Shown: one piece after another, positions 56,301 to 64,000 of the stretch
Layout of the letters: each line of letters begins with the position of its first letter
How positions within the stretch are numbered: position 1 is the stretch's first letter
Virus record (IMG/VR): IMGVR_UViG_3300025133_009608
Span: 248,001 to 312,000 of that record
DNA length: 64,000 nucleotides
Direction: 5' to 3' (one strand)
The notes under the pieces: generated by a model
What the model was told of the DNA's origin: nothing
Database searches by the model: none
Seen by the model: only the letters and a program-made list of their open reading frames with translations
Position numbers and translations under genes: made by a program

Positions 56301-58035
56301 GGCCGTCGAACGTTACTCGAACCACCGGCTCTCCATCTTCTTTTCCAGAAGTCGCCGGAGAGAGATTCTTCGCCCAAAGGCTAGATACTAAATTAATATT
56401 GAAAAACTTTGGCCTAGTAGACGATAGCATCCTTTTTAAATGCGACGAGTTATTGTTAAAATAAATATCATCATTATCAGAAGAATCGCCCAAGAATCCA
56501 TCTGATCGATTCTTTTCTCCCACAAGAAGATCCACAGATCCAACGAATGTCGGGAGGTTGACATTCGGGATCCCAACATCTCCCACAGACAGGGAGATAC
56601 TGTGTTCTGCGGCCCCCGTAAGAGTAATAGATGTCTGGTCTTCCAGGGTGGTAGATATATTAAAATTTCCGGACGAATTCAAAGTCCTCGCGGGGGTGAA
56701 CCACGGGTTCAACACAAATCCCCCTATGGTCGGAGCCCCAGTGGTGGCTCTCGTCAGAACAGGAGACGTTACTACCTCTATTTCTCCAGGAGAAAGCTCC
56801 ATGCCCTGAGAGCTTAGCGGCAGATCGTCGGGGCGAGTCATGAGTGGTGATAGAAAGAAGTTATACTTATGAAGCATATCCGGATTTAAACCCTCGGCGT
56901 CCAGGGTTATTTCCAGGTTTCCATGCACAGGATAATCAGCGGACTCAGAATTCAAGCCCAAAGATGGCGGCGGCAAGTGGTTTATCGCTATGCTTTCTTG
57001 TATGCTTGAGGACCCGTAAAACACCCTTAGAAAAAATAGCGGACCGGGAGTCTCGGAGTCTTCTTCTCCGATTTCATGCATATTTGGTGACGACCCAGAA
57101 GAATCTGTTCCGCTTAGTTCTGGAAATTTTGCATATAATGTATTATTATAAGCGGTATAGTACCCGACTATCCTTTCCGGGTTGGGCGCATTGATATCGT
57201 CCTCTGACACCCTAAAGATGGGAAACAGATCCAAAACAGCATTCATTATATCTGTTACGGCTATGTCATCTGCCGTCTCGATCGGGCTGCTTGCAGATGC
57301 CTTTTGCCATAACGACTCTGCCAGCTCTCCCATGGTCCTTCCGCTTGGACCGACTGCATTATAAAGGCCCTTTCCACTTCTGTCGTCTGGCCCCGCCTCT
57401 GAGGCTTCGTCCTTCCCCGAGAGAACCATAATTAATGATGCAAGGGCTTCTATCGGAATAAACTTAAATTTTCCGATCTCTTTGCCGGATATTGGCTGAT
57501 CTGAGCCGAGATTTGCCTTTAAAGATTCATAATCTAAAACAGAGTCTCTTCGGTCCGTCGGAGTATGCCCCGCCAAATATAGCTCCGGAGGGCCTCCCAC
57601 TCCCCACGGCAAGTCTGATGGCATGCCCTTGAGAGCCCTCGTCGAGGCTTTTCGAACCCTTTCTATGAGTTTTGAGAAATTTATGTTGCTCCCGTCAGTT
57701 GCAGCGGCCTCCATTATGGGGTCGTCGAGAAATAGGCTTTTTACAGCAGAAATTGTCGAACCATAACGTTGTAAATTATTGCTCTTTAAACTGTCAGGAA
57801 TGCCATCAGAGGTAAATACTCCGAGTGGACTTGGGATGGCGGCAACCGCCCCGCCGGATAACGGCAAGTAATTGTCATCATTACAAGGGTGCAAAACCTG
57901 TAAGTCGCCAGACTTCGAGGTCTCTGTGGAGTTATTTGCCTCACAGTTTACACGATAAAGGGAGTACTCCTCGTTCGAGCTTGGAATTTTTGCGCCAACT
58001 ATTAGCGGTAATATTTCTGATGCTTTTTCTGCCAT
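50371..58035 (-). CDS. 2554-aa putative virion protein with IPT/Ig-like segments and a long hydrophobic helical region
   Basis: PSLGRVTP...IVTISGSDF..V.GVRF (IPT/TIG-like); Gly/Ser/Ala low-complexity linker at about 54120-54330; 74-aa hydrophobic stretch at 52978-53199. Confidence 0.7.
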   Translation of the reverse strand: MAEKASEILPLIVGAKIPSSNEEYSLYRVNCEANNSTETSKSGDLQVLHPCNDDNYLPLSGGAVAAIPSPLGVFTSDGIPDSLKSNNLQRYGSTISAVKSLFLDDPIMEAAATDGSNINFSKLIERVRKASTRALKGMPSDLPWGVGGPPELYLAGHTPTDRRDSVLDYESLKANLGSDQPISGKEIGKFKFIPIEALASLIMVLSGKDEASEAGPDDRSGKGLYNAVGPSGRTMGELAESLWQKASASSPIETADDIAVTDIMNAVLDLFPIFRVSEDDINAPNPERIVGYYTAYNNTLYAKFPELSGTDSSGSSPNMHEIGEEDSETPGPLFFLRVFYGSSSIQESIAINHLPPPSLGLNSESADYPVHGNLEITLDAEGLNPDMLHKYNFFLSPLMTRPDDLPLSSQGMELSPGEIEVVTSPVLTRATTGAPTIGGFVLNPWFTPARTLNSSGNFNISTTLEDQTSITLTGAAEHSISLSVGDVGIPNVNLPTFVGSVDLLVGEKNRSDGFLGDSSDNDDIYFNNNSSHLKRMLSSTRPKFFNINLVSSLWAKNLSPATSGKEDGEPVVRVTFDGLDIRKKFRPPADNIKFAVYVMDEIGQIARATNSVLQLSLPSPSLGRVTPGGFQGDLPMYGSERAIVTISGSDFDEVVGVRFSPANSLDPSLATDHYFSDGVFRGIVSENSIGIMGVDDSADYGTLTGLGSNVGPVTLGLIDRVGGIHYGAGRTGLAYISPGGTPSADRPSRDEVPPPLVLIEHPEEEFEAAKFFENSFSAVPLLMDGGSAKLKIKSNNKLFRSGNKLFGYLALKSTEKNRKIIKDFSMPSEVVSLRAGDGENYIVAINVIYRFSDSNSGDFYRLSNKNSILKFPGSSYVGYNFSQLPSADGPSKILITNKEIELAAPADNDGAAAGDPDPLEVTLEPNGYGTVDIDGFSHPPTIRGLYLKLPGSDDVQTNARESDINGKLKKKLEKRNLEPSEYGKKLKAGNKVSLLGVHVDLPAGAGKYKGYIGGKRLSRKLGFESLTGRRVKFGGGALFVFKGKQIDDDGWLDVEIRKKDKNYGVTYGSSVYNRVTVSIEGDEPFETVDGVKIYNGSDLKVLKGESDINQGSPSQVVGEPVDSSSVIIPTERLILAPSSYPRPGGSASDVEFMSEVVLVPNIGLKLGREAGTGDNKIIHGTRFEGIPDELIVNLSPGGYISQVINSDILGEIGAALGAESENKVGGIPPDLCSEISRSQAQSEPDPTGSGEVGAASDSGSAGGGASGSEEEGGSGTAAGASDQAAALAQVEDQVAAAEPSDTGLLDGAVNAVVEGAEALDDASKAANEFVDDVNNLTNVLTDDLSSAADFVENFLNDFAGSIEGLLNSMIGSSAKLVGTDLEGIIIPSGAEVSGAQIHNKEGSRDYKLVLEMEIRNASSIRFNIPEIVEVKKEGDENIYLPNQSESVTAGTFPISKLSIRTGEKLRIKSIGVTETTKFEISGIRANRAGAISFLGPTQLTTIIVPDMSLSPTFSMDGCVTFGLTNSNENMMRGILQLGTEKTFSLEDDFGDMLERMGLDDIKDRIEMFQLRIGAWIGDKSMAAKEFLNSFCDLSFHLTAELKYHLDDLKTLYIPIKVILCIIDVICALMNPFKLAYAIIRLFACLFELLLLLPQIAIPIAVLFLLLHLLELLQCVILKILGWIVAINDIITSLDAAITYKNYAAIVTLEETLNEHIFSLETDLEVLEPIITILGMILEIIQMFFRFPCEIEEDGDPEMCISPSMLAGIILSKVMSPTGEITPDALLPMAQSYTALPKSNVGGYGNTPEAGYDSEIENKDGGTSGVPGNVLVRPGEAGVGDLVANYEEVMDTEGELFSVHFGEEEIDADGNPGRYANVKPSSVRFDNGDFEATFGLSFTKSTKGGFKIFKGPDPRVVTFEFEESGITSWAAYHWFLGIFVKAKTLDELQTLDDGPVFLKKDGDGNLRLSEGTDGGWDLVSPRDGYNNYLKGAGSLQPRGLTLDLISYSQEVDDKGFPLEDLTETPYQKTFPGIPMVALVDDEFNVYFIEPNGINTVGNKITSITAKMINHPSAPKQKASKDDFTVYRTTEEEGGGGTKNGEKIVQQQANANWILANYEAASDPGGWNTVPWGPDGDPGSGYFAKIPASSYNATFGAGATDHDEFTPPFPDEGQPSPPGAYNYLHTDDDHSPDDDQQAISEAIDTIKVLDFPRLYVVDLRHCADEIASACQVSDMNEALFDLGPMDAIWPDDFGSIVGEANDCIESFRDYIKEKSKNILTAASDKTQSIEDFQIKLRETKFDVEEVYDEHKKLELCIDDAVTRVCPWVFNPLNTGFKIINEELADSGDELGEDPTRLDPDIIDGVSFDLPTVTGASEFASGIGDMIMIEAGSPVYIEIVPRDSKDADFPISRDWSSHVELNIVKDKTESRAYFMEINEDGNIISRESEKYFASITSQTPGVVQISASFCDIPIRAWADKGLIFPESAEDLGVDCIPDAEEAQELFSPGSIMQVDRILTIIFTPKVKSGINFENDARDASAESAKPSPQGFGTKLEN

Positions 58036-58095
58036 TTATTAAACCTAAAAACTATTGCAATATATTACTACAAACATCTTATTTAATCGAGACTG

Positions 58096-60549
58096 TTATT
58101 CGCACGATTTGGGGACAAGCGACTCTGCAGCGACCTCGATGGCCTCCTTTATAGATGTTGCTATATCCAGAGGATTTGCGCTACCCTTATCCGATGCAGA
58201 TACTGTGTCCTGATGCGAAGGCCGCTCGGCCTTGCCTCCCTCTCTCATCATAATTTTCGTTCCAGATAAAATTAATTTATCGGTCGCCTCTAACATTAGA
58301 TTGCCATCATTCCTAATAACCATCGGAGTATGGGGATTCATTCCTGCTATAACTAGGCCGTGGGGGCCGATCGATATAATGTAGTCTGATGCATATGGCG
58401 GGAGTACTTCGGCATCACCCGGGGAGCCTTTCGTCGGCATCGTCTTTTCTGGCGGCTCACTATTATAATGAGCATCTAAGGTGCCCTTGTTTACTACGTT
58501 TACTCTAAGATCAAACCTGCCGGCACTGAACCCCCCAGAGCTCATCCCTCCAACGCTAATCGCTACGTCTCCGTCTGTCTGTACGACTGCACTCCTGTTA
58601 TTTTTATCTTTCCCCAGCCATGCGATCAGACTTCCTGCCGTATCCAACACCACGCTCTTCTTGTCGGCGTCATCCGCCCCAACAGACATCTCTAGTGAGC
58701 CCTCGAGGTTTACGTTCATACTTCTTCCGCCGGCGGAAGATATTGGAGCCCCAGAAGACACTTGAGATATTTCGACAGTGGATCCTCCATCCGGGGCTGG
58801 CTCAATAGACGTTATGTCAAATACATTCCCAAAAAACCCGTTTGCACGCGTTCCATCTTCATTATAGTTACTAGTCCTGTCCTTTCCGCACACCGTGACT
58901 CCGCCTCCGGAGTCAATGGCAGACCCCTTTGGGGAGACAATTATTTTCGCCATAGATCCCGAATGGGGCTTTGACTCCTCTCTTCCGTCTCCTCTTAGCG
59001 GGCCGGTACATATCTCAAACCCCTCTGGACGACTAGGAGCTCCTCGTGGAATCTTTCCCGTCGGAGTTATATTGTTTGGGGGAATATAAATTTTCGAAAT
59101 AGTATTCGCGATCAACATCTCAGCTGCGGCATACATATTATGATGCTTTGTGGTATTTACCCTCGCAGTTTCCCCCTCCTCCGGAAAGTACCCCGATGAA
59201 TTTGCAAACCTAACCCCAGTACCACGCTTTGTGCGCTGAGATGGAAATGGATGATTTATCTTTGGATATATTACCATTCCAGATTTAGATCTCAACGTTA
59301 TCGGAATATCCTCATCGGAGGTAGGGAGTGCTGGCTCGACCGATATTTCTCCATTGTTATTATACAATTTTGCATTAGTTACATATGGGATGTTTCCGGT
59401 AGGAGAGCTCCTTGGAACATTTAATTTTGCAACCCCCTCTTTGTCGATTCCAAAAACGAAATTACTAGCAGTTTCGACGGGGCTGCTTATTTCCGTAGAT
59501 GTCGACAGCTGAAAGTGGTAACCAAGCTCTCTTCTGGATATTCTTCTTGCCTTTTCAAAGCCTCTGCCAACATCCGTGGTGGGAACGGCGCCATCGGCCC
59601 CACCAATACTTACTTTTCCGTAGTTTATATCCAAAACATTGGATCCCATATCAACTACGCTTCCGCCAATTACCTCAATTAGCTGACTTGAGTCTAAAAA
59701 TAATGCATTCTTGTGACTCATTCCTCTGCGGAACTTGAGACCTCCAGTTGTGGCCCCATGTACTGGCATTGTCTCCATTATCAGTGCAGATTCCGGGCCG
59801 AATCCCGCAAAGCCCACATAACTTGGGAACTCATTTATAACTTGTCTAAATTCACTTCTTGGAATATTTCTCGGTGCGCCGCCGTCGGAGAACTCTTCGG
59901 CGGTGGCGGCAAACAGCCCTCTTTCGCTGCCCGAAAGGTCTCTAGATATATTAAGATCCGTATCGTCGTTACTCGGAATTGATGGCATCATGGAGCCGCT
60001 TCTTCGAACCGTTGTTGACCTAACTATCCCGCCCGCATCTGCCCTAACTGCGCCATGAAATAAAGCTGAAATCTGAGTTCGAGTAGCACTTCCGTCCAGG
60101 GAGCCAATCTTATATCCGGATCCGCTTGGAACCGATATTTCCACTCCATCATTATCCAAAAGAACCATGGAGCCAGATGGGCCAAGTATGCACAACTCTC
60201 CATTTTCAAGCATGCTCCTCGGAAGGGGAGTAAGCCCGGCTGGCCGATCTGATGGGTCGATTCCACTTTCATTTACATGAATCGGCGGTGTTTTTACCCC
60301 CATTATGACCAGCTCATCGGTGTTCGCGATTCTGCACGCAAATACCCTCATTCCATTCAGGGATGTTCCTCCGGAGACTATTCCGTGATCCGTTCCCGCC
60401 AACCACTGTGGGATCGATGCCGAAACAGATGGGATTGACGTTCCCGCGGAATCATCGGACTCGAGAAGAACACCTCCACGACCATCGACTCCTACGACGG
60501 TATATGAGAGCATTGAATAAGCTTTAAATGGATTTAAACCAGAAACCAT
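58096..60549 (-). CDS. Baseplate central spike-like protein (T4 gp5/VgrG-like)
   Basis: N-terminal OB-like segment; beta-repeat-like MNVNLEGSLEMSVG...VVLDTAGSL...VQTDGDVAISVGG and NDGNLMLEATDKLILSG; immediately downstream of the hub gene. Confidence 0.6.
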   Translation of the reverse strand: MVSGLNPFKAYSMLSYTVVGVDGRGGVLLESDDSAGTSIPSVSASIPQWLAGTDHGIVSGGTSLNGMRVFACRIANTDELVIMGVKTPPIHVNESGIDPSDRPAGLTPLPRSMLENGELCILGPSGSMVLLDNDGVEISVPSGSGYKIGSLDGSATRTQISALFHGAVRADAGGIVRSTTVRRSGSMMPSIPSNDDTDLNISRDLSGSERGLFAATAEEFSDGGAPRNIPRSEFRQVINEFPSYVGFAGFGPESALIMETMPVHGATTGGLKFRRGMSHKNALFLDSSQLIEVIGGSVVDMGSNVLDINYGKVSIGGADGAVPTTDVGRGFEKARRISRRELGYHFQLSTSTEISSPVETASNFVFGIDKEGVAKLNVPRSSPTGNIPYVTNAKLYNNNGEISVEPALPTSDEDIPITLRSKSGMVIYPKINHPFPSQRTKRGTGVRFANSSGYFPEEGETARVNTTKHHNMYAAAEMLIANTISKIYIPPNNITPTGKIPRGAPSRPEGFEICTGPLRGDGREESKPHSGSMAKIIVSPKGSAIDSGGGVTVCGKDRTSNYNEDGTRANGFFGNVFDITSIEPAPDGGSTVEISQVSSGAPISSAGGRSMNVNLEGSLEMSVGADDADKKSVVLDTAGSLIAWLGKDKNNRSAVVQTDGDVAISVGGMSSGGFSAGRFDLRVNVVNKGTLDAHYNSEPPEKTMPTKGSPGDAEVLPPYASDYIISIGPHGLVIAGMNPHTPMVIRNDGNLMLEATDKLILSGTKIMMREGGKAERPSHQDTVSASDKGSANPLDIATSIKEAIEVAAESLVPKSCE

Positions 60550-60551
60550 TA

Positions 60552-63500
60552 CTACCCCCCAGCCTCACTTACTGATCCCGGAATATCGATTATCCCTATT
60601 TCGATCACATTTTCTGTATTACTCATCATTATTCGCAAATCCAGCCATGTCTTCTGCTTGGGACCCCCTTTTGGAAAGACTCCAAGAATATCAGCATCAC
60701 TTATGCTGATACCAGCAGCACTTAGATCTCCTGCGATATCCACATTCATGCACCTGATTGTTCCAACGGTATTTTCATCTTCTTTTTCTAAATATACAAT
60801 TTGCTCTAAAATTTTATCTTCCGGAACGGGACTGGCCATAATATTATTGGGGAGCCTCATTGGAGAGACTTCTTTCGAAGTTCCGGTCCCCATAAACAGG
60901 TCCCTCCCAGTTTCCATAAGAACATCCAGCCCAGACGTGCCAGAAGGCTGATGAGATACCTGCTGCGGATCCATTAGCAAAGACTTGACGGTGCTGGAGT
61001 TTCTTTCTGCATCAGATTTTGCAGAATTATCATATTTTGATTTTACAAACGTTCTTATTAGAACGTATCTATTTCCAACGGCAGTGCCGGCCAGATCGAT
61101 CATCATATTTGTAAACCTTACCTGATTATCTCCATACGCCAGAAGCTCAGCAACGCCCGCGCCAGGGGTGGAGGGAAACACCAGGGAGCAATCCGGGCGC
61201 AATGGTCTATAATTATCATCCCCTCTTTCGTTTCTATATGTTATTGTGCTGTGCTTCATTGGGTCCTTTGCAAACTGCTGCCCGATTACATCAAGTGGCG
61301 TGGGGAGGTAGATCCCGGGAGGATGCCCATATGTAAGATCCAAGGTCGTAGTAAAGGACTGGCCTATGGAGAATGAGTGATTTACAGAATTTACATAATA
61401 AAGAAGCCCCTTTTCTGATAAGTAAACCACATCTCCTGGTCGATAAAACTCGTTTCCCGCCAAGGTTACAGAGCCCTTATTGATGAGGGCTCTTTGCATT
61501 TGTAGCTCCAAAATAGCATACGGCCTACCCTGAGACTCTGGGTCGCTAATAAATGGAACTTTTATATTCTTTTGCTTGTACCCATATTGACGCCAGAGAT
61601 CAAAGTCCGTTGCCCCCGCCCAAAGATAATAACCCTCGAGCGAGCGCTCAAGAGCATCTGCTACGCCGAGTGGCAGATCTCCTTTTATATCCACTCTTGT
61701 AAATTCCGGTGGATTTTCCGAAAAGCTAGCAGATAATATATTTTCTTCTCCGATTATAAACCTAGAGCCAGAACCTGGACCCAAAAGGTTTCTTCGGTCA
61801 TCTTCAATCAAATGGTCAAAAATAGACCCTTTTGCCGCCGACCCCGTTAAAATATCCTTTATAGCATTAATCCCACGATTAACCGCCTGAAGGGGCTCTC
61901 CGATTGACTTTAGGCCGCGAGTGAGTTTTGCAATAGCGCTATTCCCGCTCATGCTTTTTATCTCATCCTCTGAGCCATAATCTCCATAAAACATTTGCTC
62001 AATTTCTTCGAGCTCCGTTCTTTTTGCTATATTGTTTTTAAGCAGCGACACCAAGGAGTCCCTCTCTGAAATAGCGCTTTCTAGCTTGCTTAGAATATCA
62101 CTTTCGCCCAAAAGATTATCTACAGCCCTCTCTGCAGCGTCGGAGCCCGTAGCCGACCCAAAGAAGAAGTCCTTACTTTGAAATCCTATATTTAAATCTA
62201 TCCCAAGATTCTTGGCCGGATCCCTCCCTGTTTTGGACATAAAGGAGTTTCTTATTGCGTTTAGGTTTTCAACAGTTGCCGCGCCTCCGGCCGTCGCAGG
62301 AGGGGTTCCGATCCCCAATATGGCTCCATATAGATCATCAGAAACACCGGCAGACTCCCTATATATTACATCGAATGCGCCCAATATTGTTTCCGTATCC
62401 GCGTCTAAGACGTCTCCCTTTTCTTCCGTGCTTGTAAATGATATATTAATTCCGTTTCCAAGAGAAACATTATTCTGCTCTGTTAAATCTCCAACCCGAG
62501 TAAGGGGAATTGACGAATCATTAGTGGCTCCAGATGACATTCCCGGGATTCCTCCTAAAAGATTTCCAAAAAATCCTTTTGGCTCTGGAGACTTTACTCC
62601 AAAGAACTCCAAAGAGTCGCCACCGGAAGTTATCATATTTGGAATCAACGTACTATCTGGATATCGACCCAACATTAGGGCTATCAATACTATTCTAATA
62701 TTCTGCGTATGAATATCCAAATAAAGGCTATCTATTCTCGTCTGAAACATATTTGTTATAAAGTCTGGAATTATAGTTCTTCCAGTCTCTCGACTCATAT
62801 TTATTGCCTCTTCTAAAACGCTATATGGAACCTTATTCCATGCCGGCGGCCTAAACTCCAGGTGTCCGTTTGGATTGCAAAAGAACTCTAATTTCAAATG
62901 ACTAGTTGCCGCAGTACACTTGTTATAAACATCAACATAATCTGAGTCAAATAGCTTCCACCCAGATCGGTTGAGCCGAAGAAGGAATGGTCTTAAGTCA
63001 GTATTATAATCATATTGATCTGATACAATAAACAAATTATTATCTGAATTAAGTCTTACTTGATCGATTTTTCTTTGAGCTCCCAATAACATTGTGGCCC
63101 TATTTATATCATGCTCTCTGGCTTCATTGCTCGAAGTTGGAAGCGACGGATTAGACCCAAAAAGACTAAATTGAATTACAGCATTATCTGCCGAAGAAAT
63201 TTGCCCAGCCTGAAGCCCCACCCTGACGTGATCGCTTATGGCGGCGCTTATAGACTGAATCTCTGCCTCTAGTGCATTTATAAGTATTCCGTTTTGAGTG
63301 TGAGCATTCTTTCTGAGATCTGATATTCTTCTTTTTATTGAAATCTTTCTTCTCTGAAGTAGATCTACAGAGTTCTTTGCAACCTCGAGCTTTCCAACTG
63401 CAGATATAGTCTGCTGTATTGTCGAATTACTCATTGTAATCATTCTATATGGCTGAAAATTTCCATAATAATCATTTTGACGACGCACAGACTCAATTAC

Positions 63501-64000
63501 TGCACTCAGTGGGTCCGCCGGATCGAGAGTTGTTGATGACCTATTAATTCTAGAGTGGGCCTCAAAAGTCCTCTTCATAAAAGTCTCTACATTGTAGGGT
63601 TCTCCGATTATGAGAACGCTCAAAATATTTGCTATATCGAGATTTGACAAAACATCTTCTGCAACCGTCAATCCATACTGAGATCGATCGGTTTGAGATT
63701 GTCGATTTGCCTCCTGAGTTGGGTCGGCCACCTGAAAGCCTGCAGTTGCAGTAATAATTCCCGTCTTCCACCTGTAAACAAATCCGCTCGGATGCTGCAA
63801 AACCTTTGCTCCATCGAGAGACCCTGCTCCATTATATTGCCCCTGAAGAATATTTCCCTCAGAAGCATTTTGGCCGGCGAGCAGCCCCGAGTCATACGAT
63901 AGCAGTCCAGAATGTAATAAGTCTTTATTCTCCTGAAGGAGCTGCTGCCCCTCTCCGTACACAACAGCGCCGGTGTCATCCAATGGAATGTCGAATGGAG
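60552..64000 (-). CDS. Baseplate hub protein (T4 gp27/late-control-D-like), 5'-truncated by window edge
   Basis: The frame is open past 63983 (...PFDIPLDDTG), so the track's TTG start is probably not the real start. LEFFCNPNGHLEFRPP and GSVTLAGNEFYRPGDVVYL...YYVNSVNHSF...FTTTLDLTYG are hub-family patterns. Confidence 0.75.
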   Translation of the reverse strand, partial: PFDIPLDDTGAVVYGEGQQLLQENKDLLHSGLLSYDSGLLAGQNASEGNILQGQYNGAGSLDGAKVLQHPSGFVYRWKTGIITATAGFQVADPTQEANRQSQTDRSQYGLTVAEDVLSNLDIANILSVLIIGEPYNVETFMKRTFEAHSRINRSSTTLDPADPLSAVIESVRRQNDYYGNFQPYRMITMSNSTIQQTISAVGKLEVAKNSVDLLQRRKISIKRRISDLRKNAHTQNGILINALEAEIQSISAAISDHVRVGLQAGQISSADNAVIQFSLFGSNPSLPTSSNEAREHDINRATMLLGAQRKIDQVRLNSDNNLFIVSDQYDYNTDLRPFLLRLNRSGWKLFDSDYVDVYNKCTAATSHLKLEFFCNPNGHLEFRPPAWNKVPYSVLEEAINMSRETGRTIIPDFITNMFQTRIDSLYLDIHTQNIRIVLIALMLGRYPDSTLIPNMITSGGDSLEFFGVKSPEPKGFFGNLLGGIPGMSSGATNDSSIPLTRVGDLTEQNNVSLGNGINISFTSTEEKGDVLDADTETILGAFDVIYRESAGVSDDLYGAILGIGTPPATAGGAATVENLNAIRNSFMSKTGRDPAKNLGIDLNIGFQSKDFFFGSATGSDAAERAVDNLLGESDILSKLESAISERDSLVSLLKNNIAKRTELEEIEQMFYGDYGSEDEIKSMSGNSAIAKLTRGLKSIGEPLQAVNRGINAIKDILTGSAAKGSIFDHLIEDDRRNLLGPGSGSRFIIGEENILSASFSENPPEFTRVDIKGDLPLGVADALERSLEGYYLWAGATDFDLWRQYGYKQKNIKVPFISDPESQGRPYAILELQMQRALINKGSVTLAGNEFYRPGDVVYLSEKGLLYYVNSVNHSFSIGQSFTTTLDLTYGHPPGIYLPTPLDVIGQQFAKDPMKHSTITYRNERGDDNYRPLRPDCSLVFPSTPGAGVAELLAYGDNQVRFTNMMIDLAGTAVGNRYVLIRTFVKSKYDNSAKSDAERNSSTVKSLLMDPQQVSHQPSGTSGLDVLMETGRDLFMGTGTSKEVSPMRLPNNIMASPVPEDKILEQIVYLEKEDENTVGTIRCMNVDIAGDLSAAGISISDADILGVFPKGGPKQKTWLDLRIMMSNTENVIEIGIIDIPGSVSEAGG

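Larger units (their letters stand above)
1..64000 (-). mobile_element. Segment of a large tailed-virus (jumbo myovirus-like phage) genome
   Basis: Baseplate J, gp25-like, gp5-like and gp27-like genes; polyvalent effector genes; very large ORFs (3472, 2554, 1517 aa); all but one real gene on the minus strand; no cellular core genes (ribosomal proteins, rRNA etc.). Confidence 0.85.

Noticed and set aside
556-63979. The many 60-220 aa plus-strand ORFs and short off-frame minus-strand ORFs in the track
   Set aside because: They lie antisense to or inside long, motif-bearing minus-strand genes and show no recognisable family signatures. Only the LOG gene is accepted on the plus strand.
1-64000. 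Nucleocytoviricota giant-virus origin (suggested by eukaryote-type PMM, GlmS and many GTs)
   Set aside because: Baseplate J, gp25-like, hub and spike genes, Shine-Dalgarno-like sites and ATGA-coupled operons indicate a prokaryotic tailed virus.
29494-64000. Chromosomal extracellular contractile injection system (eCIS) instead of a phage
   Set aside because: No cellular housekeeping context in 64 kb, gene sizes far exceed typical eCIS loci, and phage-type polyvalent genes are adjacent. Not fully excluded, because capsid, terminase and sheath genes lie outside the window.
1-64000. Stop-codon reassignment (code 15/4), seen in some huge phages
   Set aside because: ORFs up to 3472 aa are intact under the standard code, and TAG, TGA and TAA all end genes at tight gene junctions.
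63983-64000. TTG at 63983 as the start of the hub gene
   Set aside because: The frame is open to the window edge with no RBS; the gene is 5'-truncated.

Overview
This window is a 64-kb segment of a large tailed-virus genome, most likely a jumbo myovirus-type phage. Coding is dense, nearly every real gene is on the minus strand, ATGA/GTGA stop-start overlaps and Shine-Dalgarno-like AGGA/GGAG are common, the genetic code is standard, and no rRNA, tRNA or CRISPR array was seen. In transcription order (right to left) there are three blocks. (1) 29.5-64 kb: contractile-tail baseplate module with a gp27-like hub (cut by the right edge), a gp5-like spike, 2554-aa and 664-aa unknowns, gp25-like and baseplate-J wedge proteins, a 3472-aa LamG-bearing wedge/adhesin and a 1517-aa dockerin-bearing protein. 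(2) 12-29.4 kb, plus glmS at 5.4-7.2 kb: an apparently all-soluble glycan-biosynthesis cluster with a WbpA/B/E/D-like diacetamido-uronic-acid route, a split AsnB-type amidotransferase, a 4-epimerase, two sulfotransferases (one frameshifted), a methyltransferase, 7 glycosyltransferase genes, a eukaryote-type PMM and a cysteine synthase. (3) 0-12 kb: five 'polyvalent' effector genes, including a >680-aa ORF missing from the supplied track. They hold five ADP-ribosyltransferase-fold domains, a Nudix, three ParB/Srx, a PcfJ-like, a DUF5591-like and an HsdS-TRD-like domain. The most striking observation is a 12-residue basic amphipathic motif, R-x-x-[KQRH]-[ILV]-x-x-[LIF]-[HFLN]-K-[ILVAQ]-[AS]. It occurs 11 times (one copy lacks the first R): at the N-terminus of all five effector genes and at most internal domain boundaries. 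This suggests a capsid-loading and/or protease-cleavage code for injected cargo. All domain calls come from motif recognition by eye; no database searches were run.
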